From Lingula anatina (Eukaryota; Animalia; Brachiopoda), in NCBI GenBank assembly GCA_051362555.1, contig CM120644.1:4224954-4288953 (forward strand): a stretch of 64,000 nucleotides of DNA. The letters are read 5' to 3'. Both the position numbers and the translations under genes were made by a program. Within the stretch, counting starts at the first letter, position 1; every line of letters starts with the position of its first letter. The notes under the pieces are model-generated. The model saw only the letters and a list, made by a program, of their open reading frames with translations. It was not told the DNA's origin and made no database searches. Below, piece by piece: positions 1 to 13,445 of this stretch.

Positions 1-779
1 ACTGATTATCTTTTAAAAGAGTGCACATTTATAATCATAACAAATATGACGAGAGGATTAAGAGCAGCAGGTTTAAGTAAGTTAAAAACTATGATTTGGC
101 AATGACCCAAAGTGAAAGATACCGGTACGTACCTAGGTCACACCATAATAAATAAATAAATAAATAAATAAAATTAATAAAGACTTGAGTACACAAATGA
201 GCAATAATTAACGTGGATATTGCATCAATGAATGACGCTTTGGGTGCCTCATTTGCATCCGTGCACGCTACCGACTGCTCCGTGCCAGACCCTCCCACCC
301 TCCTTAGGTGCGAGTTTCCTCTTATAGTAATCAATCTCAATTTAAAAAACCAAATTCATTCCGGCAAAAGTATTACAGAACCTCTGCCAGGACAAGAACC
401 AGCGTAGGAGTGTGTCTTTGTCTTTGCAAGACAGCAGAGTTACCACGGAGCCACGACAGCTTCGTTGACATGAAATGATCAGATGGAAACTTTGAACCTT
501 CTCACGGAGAGCGCCAGATTGGATGTACATGTGTAGATCTGCTATCCCAATCGATAATCCGGGTGCCGCATTTCATCCCACGCAATCCCCAGTCCCCGGC
601 ATGAACAGTGCATGATGTAGAGGAGGTCGTGTTTGAGAACCCGACACGGAGCACGGAGTTTGTTTTATGCCAAGATTTATTTTGTCTCTACCCATGACAT
701 TAAAGAGTACAGTGGGATCAGAGGCGGTTCACAACAGGCGTGTTTTACTTTTAACGAGACCCTAAGAGGAGAGAGTAAA

Positions 780-1070
780 AACATTCAAGTGTTTAATTAC
801 CGGTACGATTGCAGCGATGGCAATTTTGATTAAAGCAGCATATTTGGCAAATAATTCCGCCGAGGAGATATCGTTTTTCGACCAAACACGGTTAACAGGT
901 GGTATGACGTGCTGTCATACCGGAAAAGCTACTGAATCAAAACAACTTGGATCGCATTCATTGATAGGCCTGCTCAGAACGTTCCCAGTTAGATGACTTC
1001 AGATGCTTTTATTTGCATTTTGTTTTGAAATGAGATAACGTTTGGTTTCACCTTGGACGTTATAATACAC
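780..1070. repeat. Interspersed repeat fragment shared with 43290-43535 and 62990-63245
   Basis: tttggcaa(a/t)taattccgcc...caggtggtatg...aagctactgaat...agttagat...ttcagatgct conserved. Confidence 0.7.
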
Positions 1071-1303
1071 GTACGGCTGCAGACATGCTCGTTTGACTCT
1101 ATAGAAATTAGATTTAAGTAACAATATTAACCATATATATTCTGGAGTGAATAGCTATATTTTAAATATAGCCATTCACTCCATTAACACTAGGAATAAA
1201 CCGTTATAGTATTTGGAAGTAAAGATTATTTGTTCAAATTGAATTTTCATGTAGTTTTCTTTCGATATTCTTCCTTGGAGAATAAGTTCTCATTTTGCTT
1301 CAG

Positions 1304-2184
1304 ACATGGTATAACTGGAGTAGAAAGTTGTGATAGAATGATGTGCAAATGTGAAGGAGGATGCAGATCCGGTTGCTCAAAAGTGACAGTTTCCGGATTT
1401 TTCTTGTAAGAAATAAGTATTTTCAACTTATAACGCTTTTAATAGCACTACTAACAATTAATTTTTGGAAATGAATCTGAACTGTTATGGTGTTGATTAA
1501 ACAACTTCTTTGAAAGTGATGACTTAAAAAGTTGAAAGTTATTATTGAGAGACATATATATTTGATGAGCAAAAGAAAAAGGTCAAAAGATTGGCACAAT
1601 GCACAGCCAAATGGTCACCAAATTATAATATCTGAATTATTTTCGCTACACATCCCCCCCCCCAAAAAAAATTATAATGTTTGAGTAGTATAGTTTAGAG
1701 AAATGCCATAGGGCATCGTATAATTTTATAAGAAAATAATATTTGAGCGGATATATCTGCTTTCTTTATGTGCTATAAACATCCCTGGGAAGTCCCATTT
1801 GAATAAATATGCGATTGCTTTCCCATATATACATCCATACATAGGTGTGAAAGTGATGACTATGTAATGAGTGCACATTATTACGTAATTAATGGACTTT
1901 TACAGTTTTTACAAACTGTAAAGATGTATACATATATACAGTCAAACAATTGAAGAAGGCGCGGTTTAAAAGCTACATGTATTATTGGCAGATATTAGTC
2001 GTTTAAAAATAGTGGATGTTGTTTACTTGTAATCCACGCTCTGTTTATTTGTAATGACTCTATTTGATCAATATCAAGCGGTCACTGTATTTGCTACCGA
2101 ACAACCAAGAGGTCCGCTGGTGTAGGCGTGGATTACAGCATTGACGCTAGTGAAGTTTTCAATAACAATGATACAGACAAGTAA
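1304..2184 (+). CDS. Candidate Cys-rich secreted peptide, last two exons (5' exon not found)
   Basis: Exon 1304-1405 (ttttgcttcag acceptor, gtaag donor) joins in phase 2 to 2079-2184 (atcaag acceptor, weak), giving HGITGVESCDRMMCKCEGGCRSGCSKVTVSGFFFGHCICYRTTKRSAGVGVDYSIDASEVFNNNDTDK*: 7 Cys, dibasic KR, acidic tail. Confidence 0.35.
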
Positions 2185-2290
2185 ATGATGTAGACGTGGA
2201 TTACAGCATGACGCTATTGAAGTATTCAGTAACACTGAAACAGACAGGTAAGTGATGGAGGTGCGGATTACAACATTGACGCAATTAAAT
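2120..2290. repeat. Degenerate ~68-bp tandem repeat, ~2.5 copies
   Basis: ggattaca(g/a)cat(t)gacgc recurs at ~2130, ~2198 and ~2265 with similar downstream sequence. Confidence 0.7.
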
Positions 2291-3008
2291 AATGATAATA
2301 AATGGATATAAGCAGAGTACAATGATCAAATGTATGTGTCGAAAAGTTAATTAAATCAGCTTAAATAATTAACGATTAAAAAAAATAGATATAGGAAAAT
2401 CTTTTGAAATAGTTAAGGTGCGGAAGTACAGTAAATTTCCCTTTAAAATATTTTTAAATGCTAAACATTGGTATAAGGCAAGGATAAGAAATGTCAATGA
2501 ATTCGTAGCAAGTGACGGGTCACTGTAAATTATGATGTCCTTAAGACCATTATTCCAGACACAAATTTTAGTAAGCCAGCATGCAATGGTTTAATTTCGA
2601 AATGAATACCAACATCTTAACTCACGTCGCAACTGAGATATATTTGGTTTTGCTGCACACTAAATTGGCCGAAAGTCGACATCTGTGCTTTATTGCATGG
2701 TCATATTTACTCGTTTCACACATTATTTTAAGTGTACTCTATGTGAAAGAGACAAAATGACAGGGTTATCAATAAATTCAACCCAAGCCTCCTTGGGTTA
2801 ACTGAAATTTAAGGTCACATTTAATAGACATGCGTGTTTTGTTTTGCCGTACTTGTACCTCTGTTGTCAAGAAATAATGTCTCCACTTGTCTGAAGTCTT
2901 CAAGCAAACAGATTATAACCACCCAGCTCTGCCTGTGTTAGGTGTGCCAGTAACACTGCGGTTGAGTTAATACTAATTCCTGTAGGATAAGATTTCGCTT
3001 ATATTTAA

Positions 3009-3044
<36 letters not shown>

Positions 3045-4600
3045 CATTCGAAATATAGGATAATAAAGAGATAATCATCTATACTTTTTTACATTTTAAT
3101 TTATATCGACATTTTATTTTCCAACTAATTAACATCCAGAATCATGGAGAAGACTTGTCATTTTTATATCAAAAGGTTATCGTACAATATATGACAAATT
3201 TTGTATTGTAGTTTTTTTTTCTTTTTTTTTTGTTCAAATAAAGTTCCATTCCTACCAATTTCACTGAGACCAATGTTATATTGTGTATAGTGTTTATAAA
3301 GTTAATTTGGAAAACAAAAGAAAAAAAACTTGATAAAATACAGGGGGTAATATCTGCATCTAACAACCAGGGACACACGGTTTATGCAATGATGTTTTGT
3401 GAGTGAATTCAGACCGCGATTACATACAGACACCTGATGCCTTTATTATGCTAATGACCCTCATGTGACGATTCTACTTCCTCGGCCATACATATGTTGC
3501 TCAACATTTCACATATTCTCGTGTTCATTGACTGTGTCTAGTAGGGAGAAAACCTGAGGACGCAACCATAGGGTAAATATATATATTTTTTAATTTCCCT
3601 GTTGCTATAGATTATGGACAGGCGTAGTCTAAATTATGTCTATATCATATGCATATTAACAAGCACGATCATTTAAATGAAGAGTCTATATTGAACATTA
3701 TGAAACATGTTGTAATATCACTGCTAAGTTACTCCAGCCTTGTGTTTGTGAATGTTGCATTGCTGACTCCAGACACATGTCTGTTATTTCTGCAGTGGTC
3801 TAATTAACAATGCTATACATTCAATTTTTTACAACGCACCATACGGGATATGTGTGCCGCACAACGTCATTTAATTCTTGATGTACTCCATTTTCTCCTT
3901 TTTCTCGAAGTTAAATCAATAATTGCTTAGTGTAAAATTCACATTTTATTGTTAGTGGTGCAAAGACAGGTAAACGTATGTTTTCTGTGAATGTATAGTG
4001 CTAACAGCGTGTTTGAGTAAATTATTAAATTCTTACATCATTCTGATAGTTTGTGAATCTATTCTCTTGGACCTTTCTTGGAATTTTCATGACAAGATTC
4101 AATGCAATCCAATTAATTTTTCAATGTAGTGTGTAGATGTGTGTTTCAGGACTGGACAATAACCGATCTAAGGTCAGCTAACCCCCTGATAAGATTTACG
4201 ACTAATTCAGGCTTTGGATTACTGAGATTTTATCTCTCCCCTCCTGACAGTGCCTCAAATGAGAATTAAAGCTTGCATAAAATGGGCCTTGCCCCCACAT
4301 TTCCTCCAGTAACATGCTGTGGTTTTGGGGTTTGGCAGTCAAATTTCGTGCATAAATTGCTATATCCCCATGGTTATTCACGCGGGTAATTACACGCGTG
4401 ATATTCATTATGGCATCTTGATCCTCTCTTTGTTCTCGGAGCTGACTCTGCTTGGGATGGCGGCCAAACAATTCTACTCATTGCATCACGTATTTCAACC
4501 CAATAAAATCTCAATTATTACCATTGATGATTGCAAGACGTATTTTATTGCAAAACAAACTGCAATAATGACCACGTAATTTCTTTTTCTTGTTTAATAC

Positions 4601-4767
4601 CAGGCCCGTAGCCAGCAATTTCAAAAGGGGGGTTCTTTTTCTGAAAAAGTGGACCTTTCCCTTAAAAACTCTATGTACCTAGGTCAAATTTTACTCAAAG
4701 TGGACCTTTTCCCAGCAAAAGGGGCGGTTCTTTCGAACCCCCTGAATCCCCCCTGGCTACGGGCCTG
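4601..4767. mobile_element. MITE, 15-bp TIR CAGGCCCGTAGCCAG, 5-bp TSD
   Basis: caggcccgtagccag...ctggctacgggcctg flanked by AATAC on both sides; related copy at 39746-39920. Confidence 0.85.
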
Positions 4768-6658
4768 AATACATATAGTGCACTTGATCCATATAAAAGG
4801 ATAAGGTATGGATATCTTAAAGACCAGTTTCTTAAAAATGTCTCAATAGGCCGGGGAAGACATAGGTGAAGTGCAGGTAAAGTGAATGTATAGTATAGGT
4901 GAATTAAACTACGTACAGGGTATATTGAAAACAAGGCCATAAACTCAGACACATAAATAAGGCCCTCATTCAAGTTGAGATGATGGGAAGATGGTTAAAA
5001 GTCACAAAGCTATCTGAAATCTAATTTTTCCTTCCATTAGTTTCCATGTAGATGCCACAAAAGAGGCGTTTTGTTTACCACACCTGTTCAACATGTACAG
5101 TGCGGGTAAGCATTCGTTGTAAATGGTATCTGCTCAACTCCACTACATACAGGTGAGACGCTTGATTATGGTAGCGCTGCCTTTAAAAACCATTTATTTA
5201 TTTATTTATTCATTTCTTTGTTTGTCAACAAAACGCCTGGAGGAGATGTACGAAACGACTTATTGAATAACATCGATTCCTAGGTTTCCACGTTCTGCTC
5301 CGAAATTTGGAAACAATTTGTATTTGCTTGGTCGATTGCATCATGTACATGTACGATATAAAAGCAGAAGGATTACACGACAACTTGAAACCGTTTTACG
5401 TTGTCTATACTGTTGTTTTTTTTATTCCATACACCATATGTAACATGACATGTGGCCCAGGAAGCAAAATACCGGTGAAGATATCCATGCAATGAATAAA
5501 TAAATCAATAATAAAAACAAATAGATTTAGAACAAGTGTGACGAAGCTGTTGTCTTCATATTTTGCTGTTACACGAAGTAGTAAATGAAACTCTGTAATA
5601 CTTTTTCATATTCTTATTTAACTACTTAATTTCCAGTTGGTTCCCGCGCCTCTCCCTTTCCGTTTCTATCTCTACCTCATGCAGTCACCAGCCACCTTAT
5701 CTATGTTTACATTAGACGCAGTTATATGACTATCATAAAGGCATGTCATTCAACTAAGTTACTCTACAAAACATTCCCCGTTCCTTATTCACTCATGGCT
5801 GTCAGTTACTAACATTACACAAGCACCCCTCAATCTGTTGTTCCGCATTGGTTTCCATTGAGGCAGCAAATGTCCTTTAGTTGAGGTAACGCGCGTTATA
5901 CATTCAACAAGAATTACAAATCTGTTCAGAGGGATATTTTGTAGAGAAGCTTCGCGGGGTTGGTCCAGATTCTTAGAAGTTTGATTATACTCTGCAATGA
6001 GCACTTCTGTCATCTTGGGTGGTTCCATAGCTTATTGTGAGCACCCAAAATGGTTGTTACGATCTCAGACCATTATGGTAATGTTGTAACAAAAGACAGG
6101 AACTTTGAGAGCGCCCGTTGCCATGGTGATGCCTGTAGTTACTCCTGAAGTATTTTAGCTGCACTTAAAATTATATGATGGTGTTTGGCCGGGTTAAGTA
6201 GCAAATATTTGACTTTATATGTAAGTTTACATGTTATTACTATTCCAGGCGACTTCAGATCACACTTGTAAGAGACACCCACTCATTATGGTCTTCAGTC
6301 TATTGACAATATGTTTTTCTGCCACGTTGATGAGTGATAGAGTTTCCACTCTGGCTATACGAGGTGAAAAGGTATAGATTATCACATAACTTACTTGACT
6401 GTGATATGAAAAGACGTCTCGTTTGGGTACCCGTACATATATCAATTTAATAATGTTAATGTTGTCCGATACATGGTAATGTCAGTGTCATGAAAGACGT
6501 TCCGTCTTAAAATTTGATAGAATTTGGCAGGGTGATTATGATATCTGAAAGAATGTATGCTTTTTTTGTTTTTTACACAGTACATAAACCTACATTTAAT
6601 TTTACTAAATAAGTTACTATTACAGAGAGTTCTGACACATTGTGTTTGGTCATTTTAG

Positions 6659-7213
6659 CTTAACGAAGACAATCCGTCACTTGATTTGTGGGCAAACAAA
6701 TGGGCAACATTCATTGACCGCATGGATGTAAACGGCGATGGAAAGATGGATGAATACGAATACGTTAATATGACGGCATGCAGATTTGGAGCAATAACGA
6801 AGTCCGCCGAGAAGGAAGAGAAAATGAAAGCGCTCTTGAAGGAAAATTGGGACAAATGGTGGAATAGTTTTATGAACGGCGAACATTTAGAAAGCATTTC
6901 AGCAGGTGACTTTATTTCAATCGAAGATAAAACCAGAGCGAAAATGGTTGATATGCAACACTTGGTTATGGAAATGATATGGCCTCTTACGTTGTTCGAG
7001 CTGATGGATGCAGATGGGAATGACTATCTGAACAAGACAGAGTATGCCAATATTCTGAAGATTTTCCGTGCCCCATTTCCCTCGACTCTTTTCTCTGAGG
7101 TAGATACCAACACTGACGGCGCTATAAGCAAAAGTGAAATGATAATAAAGGAGTTAGCCTGGGTAATAGATAACAGTGTGGAGGGGGCAGATTTTTATGG
7201 GAAAATACGGTAA
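6659..7213 (+). CDS. Divergent SCP/calexcitin-like EF-hand protein, terminal exon (184 aa; upstream exon unresolved)
   Basis: cattttag acceptor at 6657-6658, phase 0; loops DVNGDGKMDEYE, DADGNDYLNKTE, DTNTDGAISKSE; N-terminal W..KW..F..RMD and C-terminal FYG typical of the family. Confidence 0.85.
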   Translation, partial: LNEDNPSLDLWANKWATFIDRMDVNGDGKMDEYEYVNMTACRFGAITKSAEKEEKMKALLKENWDKWWNSFMNGEHLESISAGDFISIEDKTRAKMVDMQHLVMEMIWPLTLFELMDADGNDYLNKTEYANILKIFRAPFPSTLFSEVDTNTDGAISKSEMIIKELAWVIDNSVEGADFYGKIR

Positions 7214-10200
7214 TTCCACGTCTACCACTTTGTTGCCACGGGCAACATAAAGCGCGAATTTGAGCATAGGTATTACAAATCAGAGAAAAATAAACTTGAT
7301 GTCTGTTCACTCCAAAAGTGAAATAGATTTTAATATGTAATACCATGTTTTATTAATTTTGATCGTTAGCGAAAATGCAATTGCTGCTTCAGTAAACTGA
7401 AAAGTCGGTGCGCCATAATGACAGACACACACAAAGACAGTCAAACATACAGAAGAACAGATTGATGGTTACTGCCTTTTAAAATTATTTTTTCAATTTT
7501 AAATATCTTTTTCAGAAACAAACATTTTGTAAAATGAATCTGTATGATTGATATTTCTATTTGGCACCAATGTTAAGTCTCGTAAATGGTTTTATAATCA
7601 TTGAAAAGTGAGTTCAAACTTGTCATAAAAATTAACGATTCGCTATGGCGTTTTATCACATTAATGACACGTGTAATTGTTTCAAAATATCTCGCTATCT
7701 CACGAAGGGTTATTTCATTAATTCCTGTGCTGATCATCGACGACGGAAGCAAAAACAGTGTCACCCCTACCGCAATTATACACATTGCTACAATGGTACC
7801 GATATTAATGACACTGTAACAGAAGTGCAAGATAACCGAACTTGTTAATTATAGGGATGTGAGTAGTAGAACATTGATCTACCTCGCGTCATCACTGAAA
7901 TACCTTAAAACCAATTATATTTTGATATGGGCCTCCTAAGTAAGAATGATGCATTTTGGTGTTAGAAGGTCAGTGATCACCTCCAGGAACCGTCTACGTT
8001 AAGTCCGAAAATGCACACCAACCAAAATCTGGGCAATGATTCTGTTCTCAGATGAAAGCAGGTGTAGCGTTGTCAGAGGTAATTGAGGAACAGCTGATAA
8101 AAATTATCCTCCCAATTAGCTGACAGGACGCACGCCAAATAAGCCATGGTAAAAGGTGTGTTTTGGCTACTGTGGTGTAGGCAAACTGGCAGTGGTCAAC
8201 GTGAACCTCAACGCATTGCAGTGAATTCACGTGGAAAATAACAGATTTGTCTGTCTGGTGTAATTAAACTACCCCACCCCTACCCACCCTTTTAACGCTG
8301 GTTGAACAGCAGAGGGGGTTTACTTCTGGGTTCTGTTCAATATTCATAAGCCATTATTACTGTTCATTTAATATAACACATCACATATTTTGACAATTAT
8401 CAGCAATAATCGATACACAATCATTGTATAATGGTTGTTAATTCAATGCATATACTTGCATGTTACAAAGTTGAACAACACGCTATATCCGATCAACACC
8501 AGACGTCGTCATAACATGTATTGCGCTATTTTTCCATTATTCGTGCGTCGATCAACGACGTCTGAATAATGCACGGAGTCATTTCGAACCGCAAAGTAAA
8601 TCGAAATGTTTAATTTTCTTTAATCTTTAATGTATAAGTGCGCTATTCGCTTTTTTGTTCAATCCATACACACTGGCTAGCACGTACACTTAAAGGGATA
8701 AAAACGTTCTGACCAAAAATGAATTTTCCTGAAGTAAACAACAATTTTCCAAAACTTACCAATGGTTAATGGATCAATTTTTATATTCAAAGTTAGTCCC
8801 TGTTTTTTTCTAAAATTGTTTTGTTATATTTTCTTAAGAAATTATAACAGAGTAAAGCCATCAATGGAGGTCACGTGGTCTAAAAACAAGCTCAGATATC
8901 AGAATAATAGCTATAACTGCCGTTTTCGTAGTACAACATAATATATTATATTTCTATGAGTTGTTCACAATGTTTTATTGTGAAATATAGATCCCATACT
9001 AATATTTTTTGTCCCTTTAAAACTGTATGTCTAATAAAAAGGAAAAGTGATTTTTTACATTCATCATTCATCTTAATGTTGGATAGAAACGTCATTGTTC
9101 ATGACATCTGTTTTAGTCTTCAACAAAATGTGGGCACTGCATGTTATAAGACTGGTTATTGCATGTTTTACCGTTGGTTATAGATCCAATTCTGCAAACG
9201 ACATCTGTTTCCCATACAAAAAGGGTGGACTTTCGGGATAACAGTAAATATGTTTTGTAAAAAAGATAAAAAAGTGATTTTTTGCATTCACCCGCCATGC
9301 AAATGTTAGATAAGAAAACATTGTTCACACAAACTATTTTGCTTTGCCTTAAAATACCACATAATGCGAGTGGGTTATAAAATCTCACTACCCGTATGTT
9401 CAAATTCTTTTCTTCATTTTAACACATGGGATACTTGCACGAGACACAAACATTCAATACGTAAAAATTTACATTTAGGTACCCAAGTTTTTACTAATTT
9501 TGTTGACACTGTAAGCACAATTCGCTATTACCAGTTTTAATGCTACATATTAAATAAAATGAAGTAAGACCAAAAGACGTATGTTTTATTAAGCATTGTT
9601 TTACCGCTGTGGTCACAATTATTTCTTGTAATTGCCTTGAAACATTAAATCGCTGACGTTTCTTTTCAAATATCTCTATTGCAAAAATAGAATTCAATAT
9701 TCAAGTAAAGTTCCTTTTACACAGTCTAAAATATTTGAAAACGTTATTTTAAAAATAAAATATAAGAATAAACGTAATGTGGAAGCAAATAGGGGTGGGC
9801 CTACATGTTTTCTACATAAAAAAATAATTAAAAAAACACGTTTATGAACCGGCTTATCGCTGCATTGACATGCAAATTAACCTCATGTGACGGTGCCCTT
9901 TTCTGCCAAGTCACACACCTTGAAAACGGGTAGTGATCTTCCAGTGAATGCAGGATCATTCGGTGCCGAGTCTAGTAGTTGGGTAGGCCTGATTCCAAAT
10001 ATTTTTACCCATTCTTGTGGCCGGCCCGAATGTTTTGCTCATGCTCAAAACATTCGAAGTGCATTCTAAAACTCATTTTGGGTTACGTTCACCATGGTTC
10101 AGGGGTTGGTTTTTACTTTGATAGTCGTGTCACGTGCGCCCTGTCTCAGCGGAAACTGTGCATGCGTTATCTAAACGTTAAAATGACATTTCGGTACTTT

Positions 10201-10524
10201 TTAAATGGCAAGTCTCATTTTAAATTTGACATCGCAATGAAATGTGTTCAGGTATGCATCTTGTGGAGATGTTGCTATTGTGTTACATACTGGTACCTTG
10301 TTGTAAGAAAAATGGGTGCATTTTTTACTGTCATCCACTTTTGGGCTAAAGGTTCAACATGGTTCAGGAGTTCCTTTAACTTTGATAGTCGGGTCACGTG
10401 CGCCATGTTGCAGTTTGCAAAGAAGAATGAAAAAAAGAGGAAACTGTCCATGTTACCCGGTATATGTAGCATTCTAGGCTAAAGAAAAGCTGACAGTAAA
10501 TCTGAAGTCTGACTGGAAAAGACG

Positions 10525-12586
10525 ATGTTGAAAATAGCCAAAGTTGTTCAAGCATGTCGTGGACTAGCGAAAACTACATGTATACAATTAAGCCAGACAT
10601 TGACAAGTATCAAAACCACTCGGATATCTATGACCCCTTACCAACCTGCTTTGGCTGCAAGTAACGAAGCCTGTATCCTTTCTGTACGGGGACTGACGAA
10701 CCGAACTTTGCGTTTGAAAAAAGTAAGTACTCCACCAAAGCAATTCCTTTTCTTTAAGCTGTATGGATAACGAGTTATTCATTAATAATTGTTAAAATAA
10801 ATTCGGCGGACATGAGCGTGTATATTGTTGAATCTAGTGAAGCATTAAAAACAACCACGGCAGTGAGTTGCCTTGTTTCCCTCTAAGTACTTTGTTCTAG
10901 CCCTGGCAAACGAATAAGGTAGAGTTAGGTTGTTGTAAACCAAATGTGCCAGAACTCTTACCTCAGAACTTTGGGATCCTCAGCATCTACTTTAGCTGGC
11001 AATGTTTTTATACCTGAAATACATGATTGTGATTTTTGTTTTAACAATGAGTGATGGCACCTGACGAATTTGTCTTCCATCAACAAATGTACACACACAC
11101 ACACACATACAAACATACAAACACACACACATACATACACAATTACACGCACATGAGTACACATGCACACAAACATGAGTGCAAGTACATGCACCCACGC
11201 ACAAACGCCACACATGAACCCAAATACACATGGATTTTTGTACTGACCGTACTTACCAAGTACAAGCACGGTTTGTTACGCTCCCTAAGCACAATACTTT
11301 TAACTGCCGTAAATGTTTGTGTTAAAGAAGTCTGGGTATACATTTATTTCCACCACCTATAACTGGTCCTGGTTTCACCTTGCCTTGAAAACCTTTCAGA
11401 TGCCGATGGATTACCCACTGGTAACTGGATCAGACCATTGGAAGCGAAAGATGCGCACTGTATTCAAGCGCTTAGACGTCAATGGCGACGGATACATTAC
11501 AGAGGAAGACTTTCTGATGGCTGCTATACGAGCTGCGCGGTATTTAGGTCTCAATGGTAACACTGTGTTTTAAGATGTATTTCGGGGCATATCTCCTAAG
11601 AAGGGGATAAAAAAAAAAGGTTCAACTAAAGGTCTACTTTGGATTTCATTATCCCCTCTTTTTAATACCTCTCGCTTAAATTCTGCTCATTTTGTTCACC
11701 TTAGGGGCTGACGACAGAATTGGGGGTGGGGGTGGGGGCGGGTATCAACCTGGTTTTGACGTCAATGGTGTAGTGTAGTTCTCCGCTCATTGTGCATTGT
11801 ATTGAAGCAGAGAAGTCAAAGGTGATCAGCACGATTTACCGTTGTTGGAGCTCAGCAGTTGTACCTGTGGCTCCAATACCCAGTTGATGACCCCCCGCAT
11901 CTCCCGTTAATCCAAAGACGAAGCAAATTAATTGCAGATAATTAAATATTACCGTTTTCATTTCCATGCTCCAGAAACTAACGTCCTATATAAGAGCATA
12001 CCGATATATGTTTGATTTGTATGGGTGGTACCTTGGTATGGAAGAAAAATGAAGGAACCGAAAAGGATCATTGACTTAATTTGTGAAGTACATACACTGT
12101 AATAGTATATGTGAAACCTATTTTGGTGACGTTATTGCTGCTCTAACATCATTAACCTAACATACATCTCTTATCGTTTTAGACGAGGAAACAGAACCAG
12201 TTTTGGAAATACGCCGTGAAGTCTGGAAAGCTTGGGCTACTAACAGTAAAACCGGCATGATATCAGAGGAAGAGCACAGAGAGAAAGCCATGTTACAATG
12301 TAATCAAAATAAGTTCCGACTGGAAATTTATCCTCAAATTTTACTGACGGGATTCGACAACATGGATAGCGATGGAGATGGCCGAATATCACAGAGGGAA
12401 TTTGCCGCCTTTTACTACGGTATGAACGTCCCAGCCGAATATTCGAAGGATGTCTTTGATGTTCTAGACGAAAACAAAGATGGCTTTATTTCATTGGAGG
12501 AATATGCACAAGCGCATGCGGATTTTTTGTTCAGTGAGGATCCCAATAGCAAGTACACTGACTTTTTTGGTCCTCTAGTGCCATAA
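10525..12586 (+). CDS. SCP/luciferin-binding-protein-like EF-hand protein A1 with presequence-like exon (252 aa)
   Basis: Exons 10525-10722 (MLKIAK...RLKK, gtaagt), 11400-11556 (MPMDYP..., EF-I DVNGDGYITEED), 12183-12586 (EF-III DSDGDGRISQRE, EF-IV DENKDGFISLEE); GT-AG, phases 0 and 1, open frame. Confidence 0.88.
11088..11230. repeat. CA-rich degenerate microsatellite in intron 1 of A1 (paralogous copy 16940-17075)
   Basis: acacacacacacacatacaaacatac... explains the spurious Cys/Val- and His/Thr-rich ORFs. Confidence 0.85.
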
Positions 12587-12634
12587 TTTCGTTGCCGTAC
12601 AGTACATGTACCGGTGCGACCATAAAAAATGACC

Positions 12635-12784
12635 AGGGCCTCGTATATCGAAAGCATCGCGTATTGCGAATCGTTATATCAAATAGAGGCTACAATGTAT
12701 TATATGGAACGAGTATGGGCGAGTTATGGAATCGAGACGCTTGTGCACGATCGAAATGCACGATGCTTTCGAGATACGGGGCCT
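12635..12784. mobile_element. ~150-bp palindromic MITE just 3' of the A1 stop (relatives 18555-18690, 21846-21993)
   Basis: ggcctcgtatatcgaaagcatcg...cgatgctttcgagatacggggcc inverted ends. Confidence 0.7.
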
Positions 12785-13269
12785 TTCTGTCATTAGATCG
12801 CGATCGGGTTTTAGCCTCTCGTTAGTTATGAGTGCTGTTTCACGAAGCTCGCGATATTTTGCGTATTCCTGTGAGATATATAACATGCGTTATATGCTAA
12901 TATGTCCTGTATGTATTATACAATAGTATAATACAATAGATCATGAAAAATACAAATGTGATTGAGCCATTAGTTAAAGATTTTGGAAAATGCACCTATT
13001 AAGTAGGTGACGTGAACTTTTACATCGGCCACCAGAGGCGCTGTAACATATGTAGCACGTTGTTTCGTAATCACCTTTGCATCTTTGTTGTCATTTGCCA
13101 ATAGTGCGGTCATTTCAGTGTCATCTCATCGTGTGGTACTTGATGCAATGTTTCTATGAAATTAAATATATAGCTATAATACTTACACAACATTCGGCAA
13201 CTTAAAGATTATGTACACAGTAACGGGGCGGCCAGAAAAGCAATTGTCTAAAAGGAAAACGTACATGTC

Positions 13270-13272
<3 letters not shown>

Positions 13273-13330
<58 letters not shown>
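13273..13330. repeat. (TA)n(TG)n microsatellite; other (TA)n at 19163-19200, 32143-32214, 49755-49822
   Basis: Direct inspection. Confidence 0.95.
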
Positions 13331-13445
13331 ACTTTATACTAATATCACCTTACTAATGAACTACGAATAGGTGACGACGGTTTACCAAATCTTTCATATC
13401 GAAATAAATAAACAACTAAATATGTACATATCCAAAGTGTTCTAC

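Noticed and set aside
2120-2290. CRISPR-like repeat-spacer pattern
   Set aside because: The spacers are similar to each other (plain tandem repeat), the context is eukaryotic, and there are no cas genes
6117-6130. RFX X-box-like palindrome gttgccatggtgat
   Set aside because: Short imperfect motif with no independent support
11313-11573. ORF-track starts at 11313, 17228, 12203, 18123, 35353 etc. as gene starts
   Set aside because: They read through splice acceptors or begin inside exon 3; the spliced models explain the conserved parts
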